Below, one piece after another: positions 41,929 through 53,148 of a DNA stretch of 64,000 bases. Made by a program: the position numbers and the translations under genes. The notes beneath the pieces were generated by a model. It made no database searches, was not told where the DNA came from, and saw only the letters and a list, made by a program, of their open reading frames with translations. The stretch is from assembly GCF_055900595.2 (NCBI RefSeq), contig NZ_CM148325.1. One strand, given 5' to 3'. The stretch's first letter is position 1, and each line of letters begins with the position of its first letter.

Positions 41929-43428
41929 ATGAGTAAACACGACACCGACACTTCAGATCAACACGCCGCGAAACGCCGCTGGCTTAATGCCCACGAAGAG
42001 GGGTATCACAAAGCGATGGGCAATCGCCAGGTACAGATGATCGCCATCGGCGGCGCGATTGGCACCGGCTTGTTTTTAGGCGCTGGAGCCCGACTGCAAA
42101 TGGCGGGGCCAGCACTGGCATTGGTCTATTTAATCTGCGGCCTGTTTTCATTTTTTATTCTGCGTGCATTGGGTGAGCTGGTGCTACACCGCCCTTCCAG
42201 TGGCAGTTTTGTCTCTTATGCCCGTGAGTTTTTAGGAGAGAAAGCCGCTTACGTTGCAGGCTGGATGTACTTCATTAACTGGGCGATGACCGGGATTGTC
42301 GATATTACCGCCGTCGCGCTGTATATGCATTACTGGGGCGCATTTGGTGGTGTGCCGCAGTGGGTCTTTGCGCTCGCTGCGCTGACCATCGTTGGCACCA
42401 TGAATATGATTGGTGTGAAATGGTTTGCGGAGATGGAGTTCTGGTTTGCGCTTATTAAAGTGCTCGCCATTGTGACCTTTTTGGTCGTGGGTACAGTGTT
42501 CCTCGGTAGTGGTCAGCCGCTGGATGGCAACACCACTGGCTTTCATTTAATCACCGATAATGGCGGCTTCTTCCCCCATGGTTTGCTACCTGCGCTGGTA
42601 TTGATTCAGGGCGTAGTGTTTGCTTTTGCCTCCATTGAAATGGTGGGTACAGCTGCCGGAGAATGTAAAGATCCGCAGACCATGGTGCCTAAAGCGATTA
42701 ACAGTGTGATTTGGCGTATTGGCCTGTTTTACGTCGGCTCCGTGGTGTTGCTGGTTATGTTATTGCCGTGGAGCGCGTATCAGGCGGGGCAAAGTCCGTT
42801 CGTGACGTTTTTCTCTAAACTGGGTGTGCCATATATCGGCAGCATTATGAACATTGTGGTGCTGACCGCTGCCCTCTCCAGCCTGAACTCAGGTCTGTAC
42901 TGCACCGGACGTATTCTGCGCTCAATGGCGATGGGCGGTTCCGCACCGAGTTTTATGGCGAAAATGAGCCGTCAGCATGTGCCGTATGCCGGGATCCTGG
43001 CGACGCTGGTCGTTTATGTTGTTGGCGTATTCCTTAACTATCTGGTGCCGTCTCGCGTATTTGAGATTGTGTTGAACTTCGCGTCGCTGGGAATCATCGC
43101 TTCATGGGCGTTTATCATTGTTTGCCAGATGCGTCTACGTAAAGCGATTAAAGAAGGCAAAGCAGCGGATGTCAGTTTTAAACTCCCAGGTGCGCCCTTT
43201 ACGTCGTGGCTGACATTACTGTTTTTACTGAGCGTCCTGGTGCTGATGGCGTTCGATTACCCGAACGGGACTTATACCATCGCTGCGCTGCCGATTATTG
43301 GCCTTCTGCTGGTAGTAGGTTGGTTTGGTGTACGCAAACGCGTTGCAGAAATACACAGCACTGCGCCAGTCGTCGAGGAAGACGAAGAAAAACAGGAAAT
43401 TGTGTTTAAGCCAGAGACGGCGAGTTAA
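41929..43428 (+). CDS. ansP: L-asparagine permease (APC family)
   Basis: 499-aa product from MSKHDTDTSDQHAAKRRWLNAHEEGYHK with 12 TM segments. The track ORF starts 17 codons upstream. Confidence 0.9.
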   Translation: MSKHDTDTSDQHAAKRRWLNAHEEGYHKAMGNRQVQMIAIGGAIGTGLFLGAGARLQMAGPALALVYLICGLFSFFILRALGELVLHRPSSGSFVSYAREFLGEKAAYVAGWMYFINWAMTGIVDITAVALYMHYWGAFGGVPQWVFALAALTIVGTMNMIGVKWFAEMEFWFALIKVLAIVTFLVVGTVFLGSGQPLDGNTTGFHLITDNGGFFPHGLLPALVLIQGVVFAFASIEMVGTAAGECKDPQTMVPKAINSVIWRIGLFYVGSVVLLVMLLPWSAYQAGQSPFVTFFSKLGVPYIGSIMNIVVLTAALSSLNSGLYCTGRILRSMAMGGSAPSFMAKMSRQHVPYAGILATLVVYVVGVFLNYLVPSRVFEIVLNFASLGIIASWAFIIVCQMRLRKAIKEGKAADVSFKLPGAPFTSWLTLLFLLSVLVLMAFDYPNGTYTIAALPIIGLLLVVGWFGVRKRVAEIHSTAPVVEEDEEKQEIVFKPETAS

Positions 43429-43434
43429 TTGCAA

Positions 43435-43460
43435 AATTGCCCGGCTATGTGCCGGGCAAA
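43435..43460. terminator. hairpin downstream of ansP (terminator-like)
   Basis: TTGCCCGGC TATGT GCCGGGCAA inverted repeat directly after the ansP stop; the T-run is weak. Confidence 0.4.
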
Positions 43461-43540
43461 TTCAGATTAGAAACGAGGGGGCCGCATGCGGCGTGATAAA
43501 AGTCAGGCAAGTCTCTCCGTTTTCACCCTCGCCATATCTA

Positions 43541-44602
43541 TTACAGCGCAATACGAATCACATCGTCTGGCTGGGTAGCTTCCTGCTGTTTAGTGGATTT
43601 TTGTTTCACACTGACATACAGCGTTTTGCCATCGGCAGACAGCGCCAGGCTGTTCGGATGAGTCGGGGTATCGAACGTTTTCACCACTTTATAGCTTTTC
43701 GCGTCAATCACACTGACTTTACCTGCCTGACGATGCGTTACGTAGGCTTCATTACGCGCTGGGTTAAACAGCACAGCCAGTGATTCCGGTGCCGCAACCT
43801 TCGCCAGAATATTGCCATTACGGGTATCGACCACTAGCACTTCTGCCGCTTTAGAATCGGTGATAAATGCACGCTGATTGGCGGTATCGAGGCTGATGTT
43901 GATAAAGAAGTGCTCTTTCCCATCATCCAGCAGCTTTTTACGGCTGAGGATTTTATTGTCGGCGGTGTCGATGGTAATCAATTCGCCGTCAGCGTTAGTG
44001 GTGTAAAGACGTTTGCCTTTGCTATCCAGCGCCAGACCGGTACTCATTTTACCGGTGTTCTGGATGGCGGTTTTCAGTTTGATATTCTCGCCATCAACGA
44101 CCCAAATCACGCTCTCTTTACCAATACCACTGATGTAAACGGTGTTCGTGGCATCATCAGCTACCAGCTCACGCGGTTGCAGCGGGCGCACCTCTTCCGT
44201 GCGCTTACGATCATCCAGCACCAGACGGCCTTTCACTTCGCCCGTTTTGGCATCTATCGCCGTGACCGCGCTGTTTACGGTGTTACCAAACCACAACGTC
44301 TGAGTCGTGTTATTGATGGTGGCACCAAACGGCTTGAGATCGTTATGGATCGCCTGCGTCACTTCCAGAGTGACCGGATCAAGACGATAAACCACGCCAC
44401 CTTTATCCAGTTTGCGGCTTTGCGAAGTGGCGAGCCACAGCGCGTTTTCTTGCTGGCTATAAGCCATTTCGTAGGCACCTTTACCTACCGCTTTACGCAG
44501 CATTTCTTCTGCGGCCTGCGTACTGAATGATGAAGCAACAAGCAATGAACCTAACAGTAATGAACCACGCAGGCGCGATGAAAACATATGACGTAAATGC
44601 AT
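43541..44602 (-). CDS. yncE: PQQ-like beta-propeller periplasmic protein
   Basis: 353-aa ORF with an N-terminal signal peptide (MHLRHMFSSRLRGSLLLGSLLVASSFSTQA) and repeated beta-propeller blades. Synteny with ansP and yncD. Confidence 0.85.
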   Translation of the reverse strand: MHLRHMFSSRLRGSLLLGSLLVASSFSTQAAEEMLRKAVGKGAYEMAYSQQENALWLATSQSRKLDKGGVVYRLDPVTLEVTQAIHNDLKPFGATINNTTQTLWFGNTVNSAVTAIDAKTGEVKGRLVLDDRKRTEEVRPLQPRELVADDATNTVYISGIGKESVIWVVDGENIKLKTAIQNTGKMSTGLALDSKGKRLYTTNADGELITIDTADNKILSRKKLLDDGKEHFFINISLDTANQRAFITDSKAAEVLVVDTRNGNILAKVAAPESLAVLFNPARNEAYVTHRQAGKVSVIDAKSYKVVKTFDTPTHPNSLALSADGKTLYVSVKQKSTKQQEATQPDDVIRIAL

Positions 44603-44843
44603 GACGACTCCCTTTGATGAACCGATATTTTTGCTGCTTCACAATGCTTCGCTAAGCGTAATCATCGTTACGCTCTTGTTATAAATGGGAATGGTAATCA
44701 TTATTTTCTCAAATGTGGAGCATTTCTTGCCGTTACGACTACAATTTTCTCAATTACTTAACGTATTGTGCCGTTTCATTTTCCATAAATTTACAATTTC
44801 ATTACCATGACGGCGTTTTCCCATTCTTAACCTGGCTTTTTTC

Positions 44844-46946
44844 ATGAAGATTTTTTCCGTCCGACAGACCGTTTTGCCCGCACTGCTTGTCCTTTCCCCC
44901 GTTGTTTTTGCCGCTGATGAACAGACTATGATTGTCAGTGCCGCACCGCAGGTGGTTTCAGAACTGGATACCCCAGCAGCAGTAAGCGTGGTGGATGGCG
45001 AGGAGATGCGTCTGGCAACACCGCGCATTAACTTGTCCGAATCACTGACCGGCGTGCCTGGTTTGCAGGTACAAAACCGGCAGAACTATGCGCAAGATTT
45101 ACAGCTGTCGATTCGCGGATTTGGCTCCCGCTCCACTTACGGTATTCGCGGTATTCGCCTGTATGTGGACGGTATTCCCGCCACAATGCCCGACGGGCAA
45201 GGGCAAACATCCAACATCGATTTAAGCAGTGTACAAAATGTGGAAGTGCTGCGTGGCCCCTTTTCTGCCCTGTATGGCAACGCGTCTGGCGGTGTAATGA
45301 ATGTCACCACCCAGACCGGGCAACAGCCACCAACCATTGAAGCCAGTAGTTACTACGGCAGTTTTGGCAGCTGGCGCTATGGGCTGAAAGCAACGGGCGC
45401 AACGGGAGACGGCACACAGCCCGGCGATGTCGATTACACCGTCTCAACCACGCGTTTTACGACCCACGGCTATCGTGATCATAGTGGCGCACAGAAAAAT
45501 TTAGCCAATGCCAAACTGGGCGTTCGCATTGATGACGCCAGCAAATTAAGCCTGATTTTCAATAGTGTGGATATCAAAGCAGATGACCCAGGTGGGCTAA
45601 CCGAAGCAGAATGGAAGGCGAATCCGCAACAAGCGCCACGCGCTGAACAGTACGACACGCGAAAAACCATCAAGCAAACTCAGGCTGGGTTGCGCTATGA
45701 ACGTAGCCTAAGTTCGCAGGATGATATGAGTGTGATGATGTATGCCGGAGAACGAGAAACGACCCAGTACCAGTCAATCCCAATGGCCCCCCAACTTAAC
45801 CCATCGCATGCGGGCGGTGTGATTACTCTACAACGTCATTACCAGGGGATAGACAGCCGCTGGACACACCGTGGCGAACTGGGTGTTCCGGTCACGTTCA
45901 CTACCGGCCTGAACTACGAAAACATGAGTGAAAACCGTAAAGGCTACAACAACTTCCGCCTGAACAGCGGTGTGCCGGAGTACGGGCAAAAAGGTGAGTT
46001 GCGCCGCGACGAACGCAATCTGATGTGGAACGTCGATCCTTATTTACAAACGCAGTGGCAGCTGAGCGAAAAACTGTCGCTGGATGCTGGCGTGCGCTAC
46101 AGCTCCGTATGGTTTGATTCCAACGATCATTACATTACTCCGGGTAACGGCGATGACAGTGGTGATGCCAGTTATCACAAATGGCTACCAGCCGGATCGT
46201 TAAAATATGCAATGACCGATGCCTGGAATATCTATCTGGCAGCCGGGCGTGGTTTTGAAACGCCGACGATTAATGAGCTGTCTTATCGTGCTGACGGTCA
46301 AAGCGGTATGAACTTTGGTTTAAAACCATCCACCAACGATACAATTGAGATCGGCAGTAAAACGCGTATTGGTGATGGGCTGCTTAGTCTCGCATTGTTC
46401 CAGACCGACACCGATGATGAAATTGTTGTCGATAGCAGTAGCGGTGGACGTACGACTTATAAAAATGCCGGAAAGACCCGTCGTCAAGGCGCTGAACTGG
46501 CATGGGATCAACGTTTCGCGGGAGATTTTCGCGTAAAAGCGTCCTGGACCTGGCTTGATGCGACCTATCGCAGCAATGTGTGCAATGAACATGATTGTAA
46601 CGGTAACCGGATGCCAGGGATCGCCCGTAATATGGGCTTTGCGTCGATAGGTTATGTACCGGAAGATGGCTGGTATGCAGGTACGGAAGCGCGTTATATG
46701 GGCGATATTATGGCAGATGATGAAAATACGGCCAAAGCGCCTTCTTATACACTCGTCGGCTTATTCACGGGGTATAAATACAATTACCACAATTTAACTG
46801 TGGATTTATTTGGCAGTGTCGACAATTTATTCGATAAAGAATACGTTGGTTCTGTCATTGTCAATGAGTCGAACGGGCGATATTACGAACCTGCGCCCGG
46901 GCGAAATTATGGTATCGGCGTGAATGTTGCGTGGCGATTTGAGTGA
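44844..46946 (+). CDS. yncD: TonB-dependent outer-membrane receptor
   Basis: 700-aa ORF with signal peptide, TonB-box-like segment (DEQTMIVSA), plug domain and C-terminal aromatic terminus (AWRFE). Confidence 0.85.
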   Translation: MKIFSVRQTVLPALLVLSPVVFAADEQTMIVSAAPQVVSELDTPAAVSVVDGEEMRLATPRINLSESLTGVPGLQVQNRQNYAQDLQLSIRGFGSRSTYGIRGIRLYVDGIPATMPDGQGQTSNIDLSSVQNVEVLRGPFSALYGNASGGVMNVTTQTGQQPPTIEASSYYGSFGSWRYGLKATGATGDGTQPGDVDYTVSTTRFTTHGYRDHSGAQKNLANAKLGVRIDDASKLSLIFNSVDIKADDPGGLTEAEWKANPQQAPRAEQYDTRKTIKQTQAGLRYERSLSSQDDMSVMMYAGERETTQYQSIPMAPQLNPSHAGGVITLQRHYQGIDSRWTHRGELGVPVTFTTGLNYENMSENRKGYNNFRLNSGVPEYGQKGELRRDERNLMWNVDPYLQTQWQLSEKLSLDAGVRYSSVWFDSNDHYITPGNGDDSGDASYHKWLPAGSLKYAMTDAWNIYLAAGRGFETPTINELSYRADGQSGMNFGLKPSTNDTIEIGSKTRIGDGLLSLALFQTDTDDEIVVDSSSGGRTTYKNAGKTRRQGAELAWDQRFAGDFRVKASWTWLDATYRSNVCNEHDCNGNRMPGIARNMGFASIGYVPEDGWYAGTEARYMGDIMADDENTAKAPSYTLVGLFTGYKYNYHNLTVDLFGSVDNLFDKEYVGSVIVNESNGRYYEPAPGRNYGIGVNVAWRFE

Positions 46947-46952
46947 TTATCT

Positions 46953-46982
46953 TGATGCCCGGTATTTGCCGGGCATTTAATT
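46953..46982. terminator. bidirectional hairpin terminator between yncD and mcbR
   Basis: ATGCCCGG TATTTG CCGGGCAT inverted repeat flanked by A/T. Confidence 0.6.
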
Positions 46983-47647
46983 TAACGATTATATTGCTGG
47001 TATAACATAGCAACATTTTGTTGCATAATTTCAGCAAGACAATGTCTGCATCGCTCTTTGTCTTTTACTTTCAACGCGGCGAGTAGTTCATGATAGCTTT
47101 CTATACGATCCTGTAATTCCGCTGGATTAATCGTTTCATAAAGATAATGTAAACCAGGTCCCATCCTGACCCACAGTTGCTCAATCATCTCACACAGGAT
47201 GGGCATATTTGAACGATGATAAATCGCTAAGCGAAATAACCTGTTCGCATTAATGATTTGTTCCATGTCGCCCTTTTCTTGCGCCTGCTGTAATTTATCG
47301 AGCAATTTCTGAAGTTCCGCTATATCTTGCGAGGAGAGGTTTTCTACAGCCAGAGCAACTGCCATTAATTCCAGTTCGTAGCGGATCCGATTGATTTCGT
47401 CTAATTGACGTTTCCCCACTTCCGGTACTGTAAATGCTTGCGCTGGTGCGACAGAGAGCGCATTCACCGAAACCAGACGTAATAATGCTTCACGCACGGG
47501 TGTAATACTCATACCTAATTGCTCCGCCAGATTTTTAGTAATCAGGCGTGCGCCAGGTTTTAGTGCACCAATACTTAGTTGATGTTTCAGGTCGTTCTCA
47601 ACCTGCATAGTCAAACTGACATGTTTCATTTTTTCCGTTCCAGGCAT
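46982..47647 (-). CDS. mcbR: GntR/FadR-family transcriptional regulator
   Basis: 221-aa product from MPGTEKMKHVSLTMQVEND with an N-terminal winged HTH (GMSITPVREALLRL). The track ORF is longer at the 5-prime end. Confidence 0.85.
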   Translation of the reverse strand: MPGTEKMKHVSLTMQVENDLKHQLSIGALKPGARLITKNLAEQLGMSITPVREALLRLVSVNALSVAPAQAFTVPEVGKRQLDEINRIRYELELMAVALAVENLSSQDIAELQKLLDKLQQAQEKGDMEQIINANRLFRLAIYHRSNMPILCEMIEQLWVRMGPGLHYLYETINPAELQDRIESYHELLAALKVKDKERCRHCLAEIMQQNVAMLYQQYNR

Positions 47648-47845
47648 TTTACTTCCTTCGCGTGTTTTCTTTCCGACCCTGCCTGCATGGCAGAAGGCGT
47701 TCACCTGGTGTGTTAAAATGAATAATCATAAGCCACTCACCTTTGTAGTTATTAGCAGCAGAACAATGATGTGGTCAGTTAATTAAAGCTGAAAATAAGC
47801 TTTTTGCCTGGATTTTTATGGCGGCCTTACGCCGCCGTTGAAACT

Positions 47846-48883
47846 TTAATCATCATCCGCCACGCGGATCACCACTTTGCCAAAGTTTTTACCCTTCAGC
47901 AGGCCGATAAACGTCTGTGGGGCGTTCTCCAAACCGTTGGTAATTTGTTCACGATAGTGAATTTTCCCCTCTTTCACCCATTGTCCCATCTCCTGCTGAA
48001 ACTCATGGATACGGTGACCATAATCCTGACCAATAATAAACCCTTGCAAGCGAATGCGTTTTTTCAGCACCGTTGCCATCAACAGGGGTAAACGATCCGG
48101 ACCGGGTGGTAGCTCTGTAGCGTTATAGCTGCTCACTAAGCCGCAGACGGGAATGCGCGCGGATGTATTGAGTAACGGTAGCACCGCATCAAATACCTTA
48201 CCGCCAACGTTTTCATAATAAATATCGATACCTTTTGGGCACGCTTTCGCCAGTTGCTCGGCAAAATCATCCGCGTGATGGTCAAGGCAGACATCGAAGC
48301 CCAACACCTCGGTAGCATGGCGGCATTTTTCCGCGCCACCAGCTACCCCCACCACTCTGCAACCTTTAAGTTTGCCGATTTGCCCCACCGTCGCCCCCAC
48401 TGGTCCTGTCGCTGCAGCTACCACCAACGTTTCGCCTTCTTTGGGCTGACCGATATCCAGCAGGCCCATATAAGCGGTAAAGCCTGGCATCCCCAGCACA
48501 CCCAGCGACCACGATGGATTTTGCGGATGATCGCCAAGTTTCACCAAATCATCACCACTGGATATGTCATAGTCCTGCCATCCACTGTAGCCCAGCACCC
48601 AGTCACCAGGCTGGTAATCAGGATGATTTGACTCCACAACACGGCTCACCGTACCGCCGACCATCACGCCGTCAATGTCAACCGGCGGTGAATAAGATGG
48701 CTCATCGCTCATACGTCCACGCATATACGGGTCCAGTGACAAATAAACTGTGCGCAGTAATACCTGTCCTTCACCCGGTGTGGCGACATCATCTTCTTCA
48801 AGACGAAAATTCTCCGGAACCGGCGCGCCATGCGGACGCGAGGCCAGAACCCAACGGCGGTTACGCTGCTTTTGTTGCCCCAT
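47846..48883 (-). CDS. curA: NADPH-dependent curcumin/dihydrocurcumin reductase (MDR superfamily)
   Basis: 345-aa product from MGQQKQRNRRWVLASRPHG with a Rossmann motif (AAATGPVGATVGQIGK). Confidence 0.85.
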   Translation of the reverse strand: MGQQKQRNRRWVLASRPHGAPVPENFRLEEDDVATPGEGQVLLRTVYLSLDPYMRGRMSDEPSYSPPVDIDGVMVGGTVSRVVESNHPDYQPGDWVLGYSGWQDYDISSGDDLVKLGDHPQNPSWSLGVLGMPGFTAYMGLLDIGQPKEGETLVVAAATGPVGATVGQIGKLKGCRVVGVAGGAEKCRHATEVLGFDVCLDHHADDFAEQLAKACPKGIDIYYENVGGKVFDAVLPLLNTSARIPVCGLVSSYNATELPPGPDRLPLLMATVLKKRIRLQGFIIGQDYGHRIHEFQQEMGQWVKEGKIHYREQITNGLENAPQTFIGLLKGKNFGKVVIRVADDD

Positions 48884-49063
48884 AATGCTCTCCTGTGCTT
48901 TTGGCATGAATCCATCAATAGTAGCAGGCTCGCAGGATTGGTTTTGTTTGCAGTCGTCACATCCCCTCTGCAACACGCAATAATTTCATCGAGGAATCCG
49001 TTGCTTCGGGCTGTTTTCGATAGTATTGATAACGTCATTATCATTATTTTATCGAGGCCAGAC

Positions 49064-49579
49064 ATGTCCATCCGTTTTGCCCGCAAAGCCGACTGTGCTG
49101 CCATTGCGGAAATTTATAACCACGCCGTGTTGTATACGGCGGCTATCTGGAATGACCAAACGGTGGATGCAGATAACCGCATTGCCTGGTTTGAAGCGCG
49201 GACCATAGCAGGTTATCCGGTGCTGGTGAGTGAAGAAGATGGCGTAGTGACGGGATATGCCTCGTTTGGCGACTGGCGTAGTTTCGATGGTTTTCGCCAT
49301 ACCGTGGAGCATTCGGTTTATGTCCATCCTGATCATCAGGGCAAAGGTCTTGGGCGTAAATTGTTAAGCCGATTGATTGATGAAGCGCGGGATTGCGGGA
49401 AGCATGTTATGGTCGCCGGGATCGAATCGCAAAATCAGGCTTCGCTGCATCTCCACCAGTCGCTGGGATTTGTCATCACCGCACAAATGCCGCAGGTGGG
49501 CACTAAATTTGGGCGCTGGCTGGATCTGACATTTATGCAGTTGCAACTCGACGAACGCAGTGAACCGGACGCAATCTGA
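49064..49579 (+). CDS. mnaT: GNAT-family L-amino acid N-acyltransferase
   Basis: 171-aa product from MSIRFARKADCAAIAEIYNH with a GNAT acetyl-CoA motif (HQGKGLGRKLL). Internal start chosen within the longer track ORF. Confidence 0.85.
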   Translation: MSIRFARKADCAAIAEIYNHAVLYTAAIWNDQTVDADNRIAWFEARTIAGYPVLVSEEDGVVTGYASFGDWRSFDGFRHTVEHSVYVHPDHQGKGLGRKLLSRLIDEARDCGKHVMVAGIESQNQASLHLHQSLGFVITAQMPQVGTKFGRWLDLTFMQLQLDERSEPDAI

Positions 49580-50028
49580 TGAATCAGTCGCTTACCCTTG
49601 CCTTTTTGATTGCCGCAGGGATTGGTCTGGTCGTCCAGAACACGCTAATGGTGCGCATCACCCAGACCTCCTCTACCATTCTCATCGCCATGTTGCTGAA
49701 CTCACTGGTAGGGATTGTGCTCTTTGTTGCTATTTTATGGTTTAAACAAGGCATGGCGGGGTTTGGCGAACTGGTGTCCAGCGTACGCTGGTGGACACTT
49801 ATACCCGGCTTGCTGGGATCTTTTTTTGTCTTCGCCAGTATCAGCGGATATCAGAATTTGGGAGCGGCGACAACTATTGCAGTACTGGTCGCCAGCCAGC
49901 TAATTGGCGGTCTGGTGCTGGATATCTTCCTCAGTCATGGCGTACCACTACGGGCGTTGATCGGCCCAATTTGTGGCGCAATTTTACTTGTGGTTGGTGC
50001 CTGGCTGGTGGCCAGGCGCACATTTTAA
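49579..50028 (+). CDS. ydcZ: DMT-like inner-membrane protein
   Basis: 149-aa hydrophobic ORF (4 TM-like segments), start overlapping the mnaT stop. Confidence 0.8.
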   Translation: MNQSLTLAFLIAAGIGLVVQNTLMVRITQTSSTILIAMLLNSLVGIVLFVAILWFKQGMAGFGELVSSVRWWTLIPGLLGSFFVFASISGYQNLGAATTIAVLVASQLIGGLVLDIFLSHGVPLRALIGPICGAILLVVGAWLVARRTF

Positions 50029-50262
50029 TCAGAGGATGGTGCCGCCTTTGGTTAACTGTTCGTGGCGCGCTTCCATATCTTCTTTATGCTTGCGACCGTG
50101 ATGGGCGATCGCTGTGCGCAGACGCTGCTGCTGGGTGTAGCGATCTTCCCGACTTAACTCCGCGTCATCGCTCAGGGCGATTAATAATTCGTTCATATGG
50201 GCAATGACGCTCTCTTCAATCGCGGCATCCACGCGCGTGATGACTTCATCCAGATGCGACAT
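50029..50262 (-). CDS. ydcY: small uncharacterised protein
   Basis: 77-aa ORF, charged and helical; assigned by synteny. Confidence 0.7.
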   Translation of the reverse strand: MSHLDEVITRVDAAIEESVIAHMNELLIALSDDAELSREDRYTQQQRLRTAIAHHGRKHKEDMEARHEQLTKGGTIL

Positions 50263-50347
50263 ACTTTCTCCTTAGCCACTTGTGAAATTTATCGATTCAT
50301 CCAAATGATATAAGTCTGCGTGGTGCCGTCAAGCCAGTGCGTAAGAT

Positions 50348-50521
50348 TTAAAACAGCGAAAACAACAGCGCCACCGGGAAACTCATCGGCCATGTTGCCC
50401 CCACCAGAAAGGCGCTTAAGAAACGGATGCGTTTCTTATCGTGAGAAAGAAACCAGGTGATAAGAAATGCGATTGCTGCCATAACCGCATAAAAAACAAG
50501 CATGTGTTGATAGAGAGACAT
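50348..50521 (-). CDS. ortT: small membrane toxin OrtT (TisB-like orphan toxin)
   Basis: 57-aa product MSLYQHMLVFYAVMAAIAFLITWFLSHDKKRIRFLSAFLVGATWPMSFPVALLFSLF, taken from an internal ATG of the 82-aa track ORF. Two hydrophobic helices. Confidence 0.75.
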   Translation of the reverse strand: MSLYQHMLVFYAVMAAIAFLITWFLSHDKKRIRFLSAFLVGATWPMSFPVALLFSLF

Positions 50522-50907
50522 GTACGGGCGTCCAGCCAGATGAATAAAACGCGCGCAAATATGCGTCATTTTTTGACGTGCATCAAGTTTTTTCACCAGT
50601 TTGAGAAAAAATCATCAAACAGCAACTTGCCCTTATCCATCTTCAGAATGAGTATTATTGCGGATTTTCTTAACCCGTACTATACACATAGGGGCAATGA
50701 TAAAAGGTGGCAAAAATGAATGTTTCCAGTAGAACTGTAGTACTGATAAATGTCTTTGCTGCTGTTGGTTTGTTTACTCTTATCTCTATGAGATTTGGCT
50801 GGTTTATTTGATGTAGTGATTTTGCACGCAGCACGTACTGTCAGAGAAATCAGTGCTCTGACAGTACGCAAGATCTTCTCATACTCTTACGATCTGCAAT
50901 ATTATCC

Positions 50908-52332
50908 TTAATGTTTAACCATGACGTGGCGGACGACGGTGTAATCCTCCAACCCATAAAGTGACATATCCTTGCCGTAACCAGAAAGTTTCTGTCCACC
51001 GTGCGGCATTTCACTAACCAGCATGAAATGGGTATTGACCCAGGTACAACCATATTGCAGCCGTGCGCTGACACGATGCGCCCTGCCCACATCTTTCGTC
51101 CATACCGAAGATGCAAGTCCGTACTGGCTGTCATTCGCCCAGTTCACCACCTGTTCTTCATTGTCAAAGGCCGTCACGCTCACCACCGGACCAAATACCT
51201 CTTTTTGCACGATGGCATCGTCCTGTAACGCGCCAGCCAGCAGCGTAGGCGCATAGTAATAGCCATTACCCTTGCGTTTTTCACCACCGGTGATCACTTT
51301 GATGTGCCCTGTCCCTTTCGCCTCTTCTACCGCCTTGCTGACACGTTCGAGATGTGCCAGCGAACTTAACGGTCCTAGCTCTGTGGACTCGTCATCCGGC
51401 GCACCAGATTTTAACGTTGCCACTGCAGCACCGAGTTTTTCTACCAGCGTATCGTAAATACCTTTTTGCGCGTAGATCCGACATGCCGCGGTACAATCCT
51501 GTCCGGCATTGTAATAGCCAAAAGTGCGAACACCTTCGACCACTGCTTCAATATCAGCATCATCAAAAACAATCACTGGCGCTTTGCCACCCAACTCCAT
51601 ATGAGTACGCTTAATAGACGGCGCTGTATGGCTGATGATGTGCTCGCCGGTGGCGATAGAGCCCGTCAGCGACACCATCCGCACTTTGGGATGTCCGGTC
51701 AGCGGATCGCCCACTGTTTTGCCTCTGCCAAACAGCACATTAATCACGCCAGCCGGGAAGATATCTTTCGCCAGTTCAGCCAGCTTCAACGCTGTCAGCG
51801 GGGTAATTTCTGATGGTTTAAGCACTACGCAGTTCCCTGCCGCCAGCGCCGGAGCCAGTTTCCACGCGGCCATCATCAGCGGATAATTCCACGGTGCGAT
51901 AGAAGCCACGACCCCCAACGGATCCCGACGGATCATTGAAGTATGACCTTCAAGGTATTCGCCGGCCGCCAGACCATTGAGGCAGCGCGCCGCGCCGGCG
52001 AAAAAGCGAAAGACATCGACAATCGCCGGAATTTCATCATTGAACGCACTATGCAGCGGTTTGCCACAATTACGGGACTCCAGTTCGGCAAAAACCTGAC
52101 CATTTTCTTCAATAACATCGGCCAGTTTCAGCAGGCATTCCGCACGCGCTTTCGGCGTGGTTTGCCCCCATTCGGCAAATGCTGCATCTGCCGCGCGAAC
52201 AGCAGCATCCACCTGCTCTGCGGATGCCTCGGCAATCTCCAGTAAAACGTCCCCCGTTGCCGGATTATAGACAGGCTGTTTTTCCCCTTCGCCGCTAACC
52301 AGTTCTCCGTTAATCAGTAACTTATGTTGCAT
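50908..52332 (-). CDS. patD: gamma-aminobutyraldehyde dehydrogenase (aldehyde dehydrogenase family)
   Basis: 474-aa ORF with ALDH motifs (catalytic Cys in [13 protein letters not shown], glutamate box ELGGKAP). Confidence 0.9.
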   Translation of the reverse strand: MQHKLLINGELVSGEGEKQPVYNPATGDVLLEIAEASAEQVDAAVRAADAAFAEWGQTTPKARAECLLKLADVIEENGQVFAELESRNCGKPLHSAFNDEIPAIVDVFRFFAGAARCLNGLAAGEYLEGHTSMIRRDPLGVVASIAPWNYPLMMAAWKLAPALAAGNCVVLKPSEITPLTALKLAELAKDIFPAGVINVLFGRGKTVGDPLTGHPKVRMVSLTGSIATGEHIISHTAPSIKRTHMELGGKAPVIVFDDADIEAVVEGVRTFGYYNAGQDCTAACRIYAQKGIYDTLVEKLGAAVATLKSGAPDDESTELGPLSSLAHLERVSKAVEEAKGTGHIKVITGGEKRKGNGYYYAPTLLAGALQDDAIVQKEVFGPVVSVTAFDNEEQVVNWANDSQYGLASSVWTKDVGRAHRVSARLQYGCTWVNTHFMLVSEMPHGGQKLSGYGKDMSLYGLEDYTVVRHVMVKH

Positions 52333-52353
52333 AGCATATTCCTGTATCAGTGG

Positions 52354-53148
52354 TTATTGACCATTGTCGCCTTCGCGGGTTAGCCACCAGGCCCCCAGGA
52401 TCGGCAAGGTTGTTACCAACATAACCAGCAGTGCCACCACGTTGGTTACCGGTACATCACGTGGTCGCCCAAGCTGATTGAGCAACCACAACGGTAACGT
52501 TCGTTCATGACCTGCCGTAAAAGTCGTCACGATGATTTCATCGAACGACAAAGCAAACGCCAGCATTCCTCCTGCCAGAAGCGCCGAACTGAGATTCGGC
52601 AACACCACGTAGCGGAAGGTTTGCCAGCCATTGGCCCCAAGATCCATTGACGCCTCAACCAGACTCCAGGAGGTGCGGCGAAAACGGGCGATGACATTGT
52701 TAAACACCACCACTACGCAAAAAGTCGCATGACCGACCACGATGGTGAAAAATCCCGGCTCCAGATTGATGGTTTTAAAAGCAGTTAATAGCGCCAGACC
52801 AGTGACAATGCCCGGCAGCGCAATAGGCAGCAGCAATAACAATGAAATGGCGCTTTTACCGAAAAAGTCCCGACGCCACAGCGCAGCAGCGGCCAGTGTC
52901 CCTAATACCAGCGCAATTAATGTCGCCAGCGCCGCCACTTTAAGTGACAGTGTCACAGCATCAAGAATATCACTACGCTGTGCTGCCACGCTAAACCAGC
53001 GCAGCGTCAGGCCTTGCGGTGGAAAACTAAACGCTGCATCTTCGGTATTAAAAGCATAGGCGGCGATAATCAGGATGGGAAAATGAAGGAAAACCACGCC
53101 GCCCCAGGCCGCCAGTTTAAGGAAAAACGGTGCGCGTTCAGAGTGCAT
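52354..53148 (-). CDS. ydcV: ABC transporter permease (spermidine/putrescine type)
   Basis: 264-aa membrane ORF, in operon arrangement with ydcU/T/S. Confidence 0.85.
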   Translation of the reverse strand: MHSERAPFFLKLAAWGGVVFLHFPILIIAAYAFNTEDAAFSFPPQGLTLRWFSVAAQRSDILDAVTLSLKVAALATLIALVLGTLAAAALWRRDFFGKSAISLLLLLPIALPGIVTGLALLTAFKTINLEPGFFTIVVGHATFCVVVVFNNVIARFRRTSWSLVEASMDLGANGWQTFRYVVLPNLSSALLAGGMLAFALSFDEIIVTTFTAGHERTLPLWLLNQLGRPRDVPVTNVVALLVMLVTTLPILGAWWLTREGDNGQ

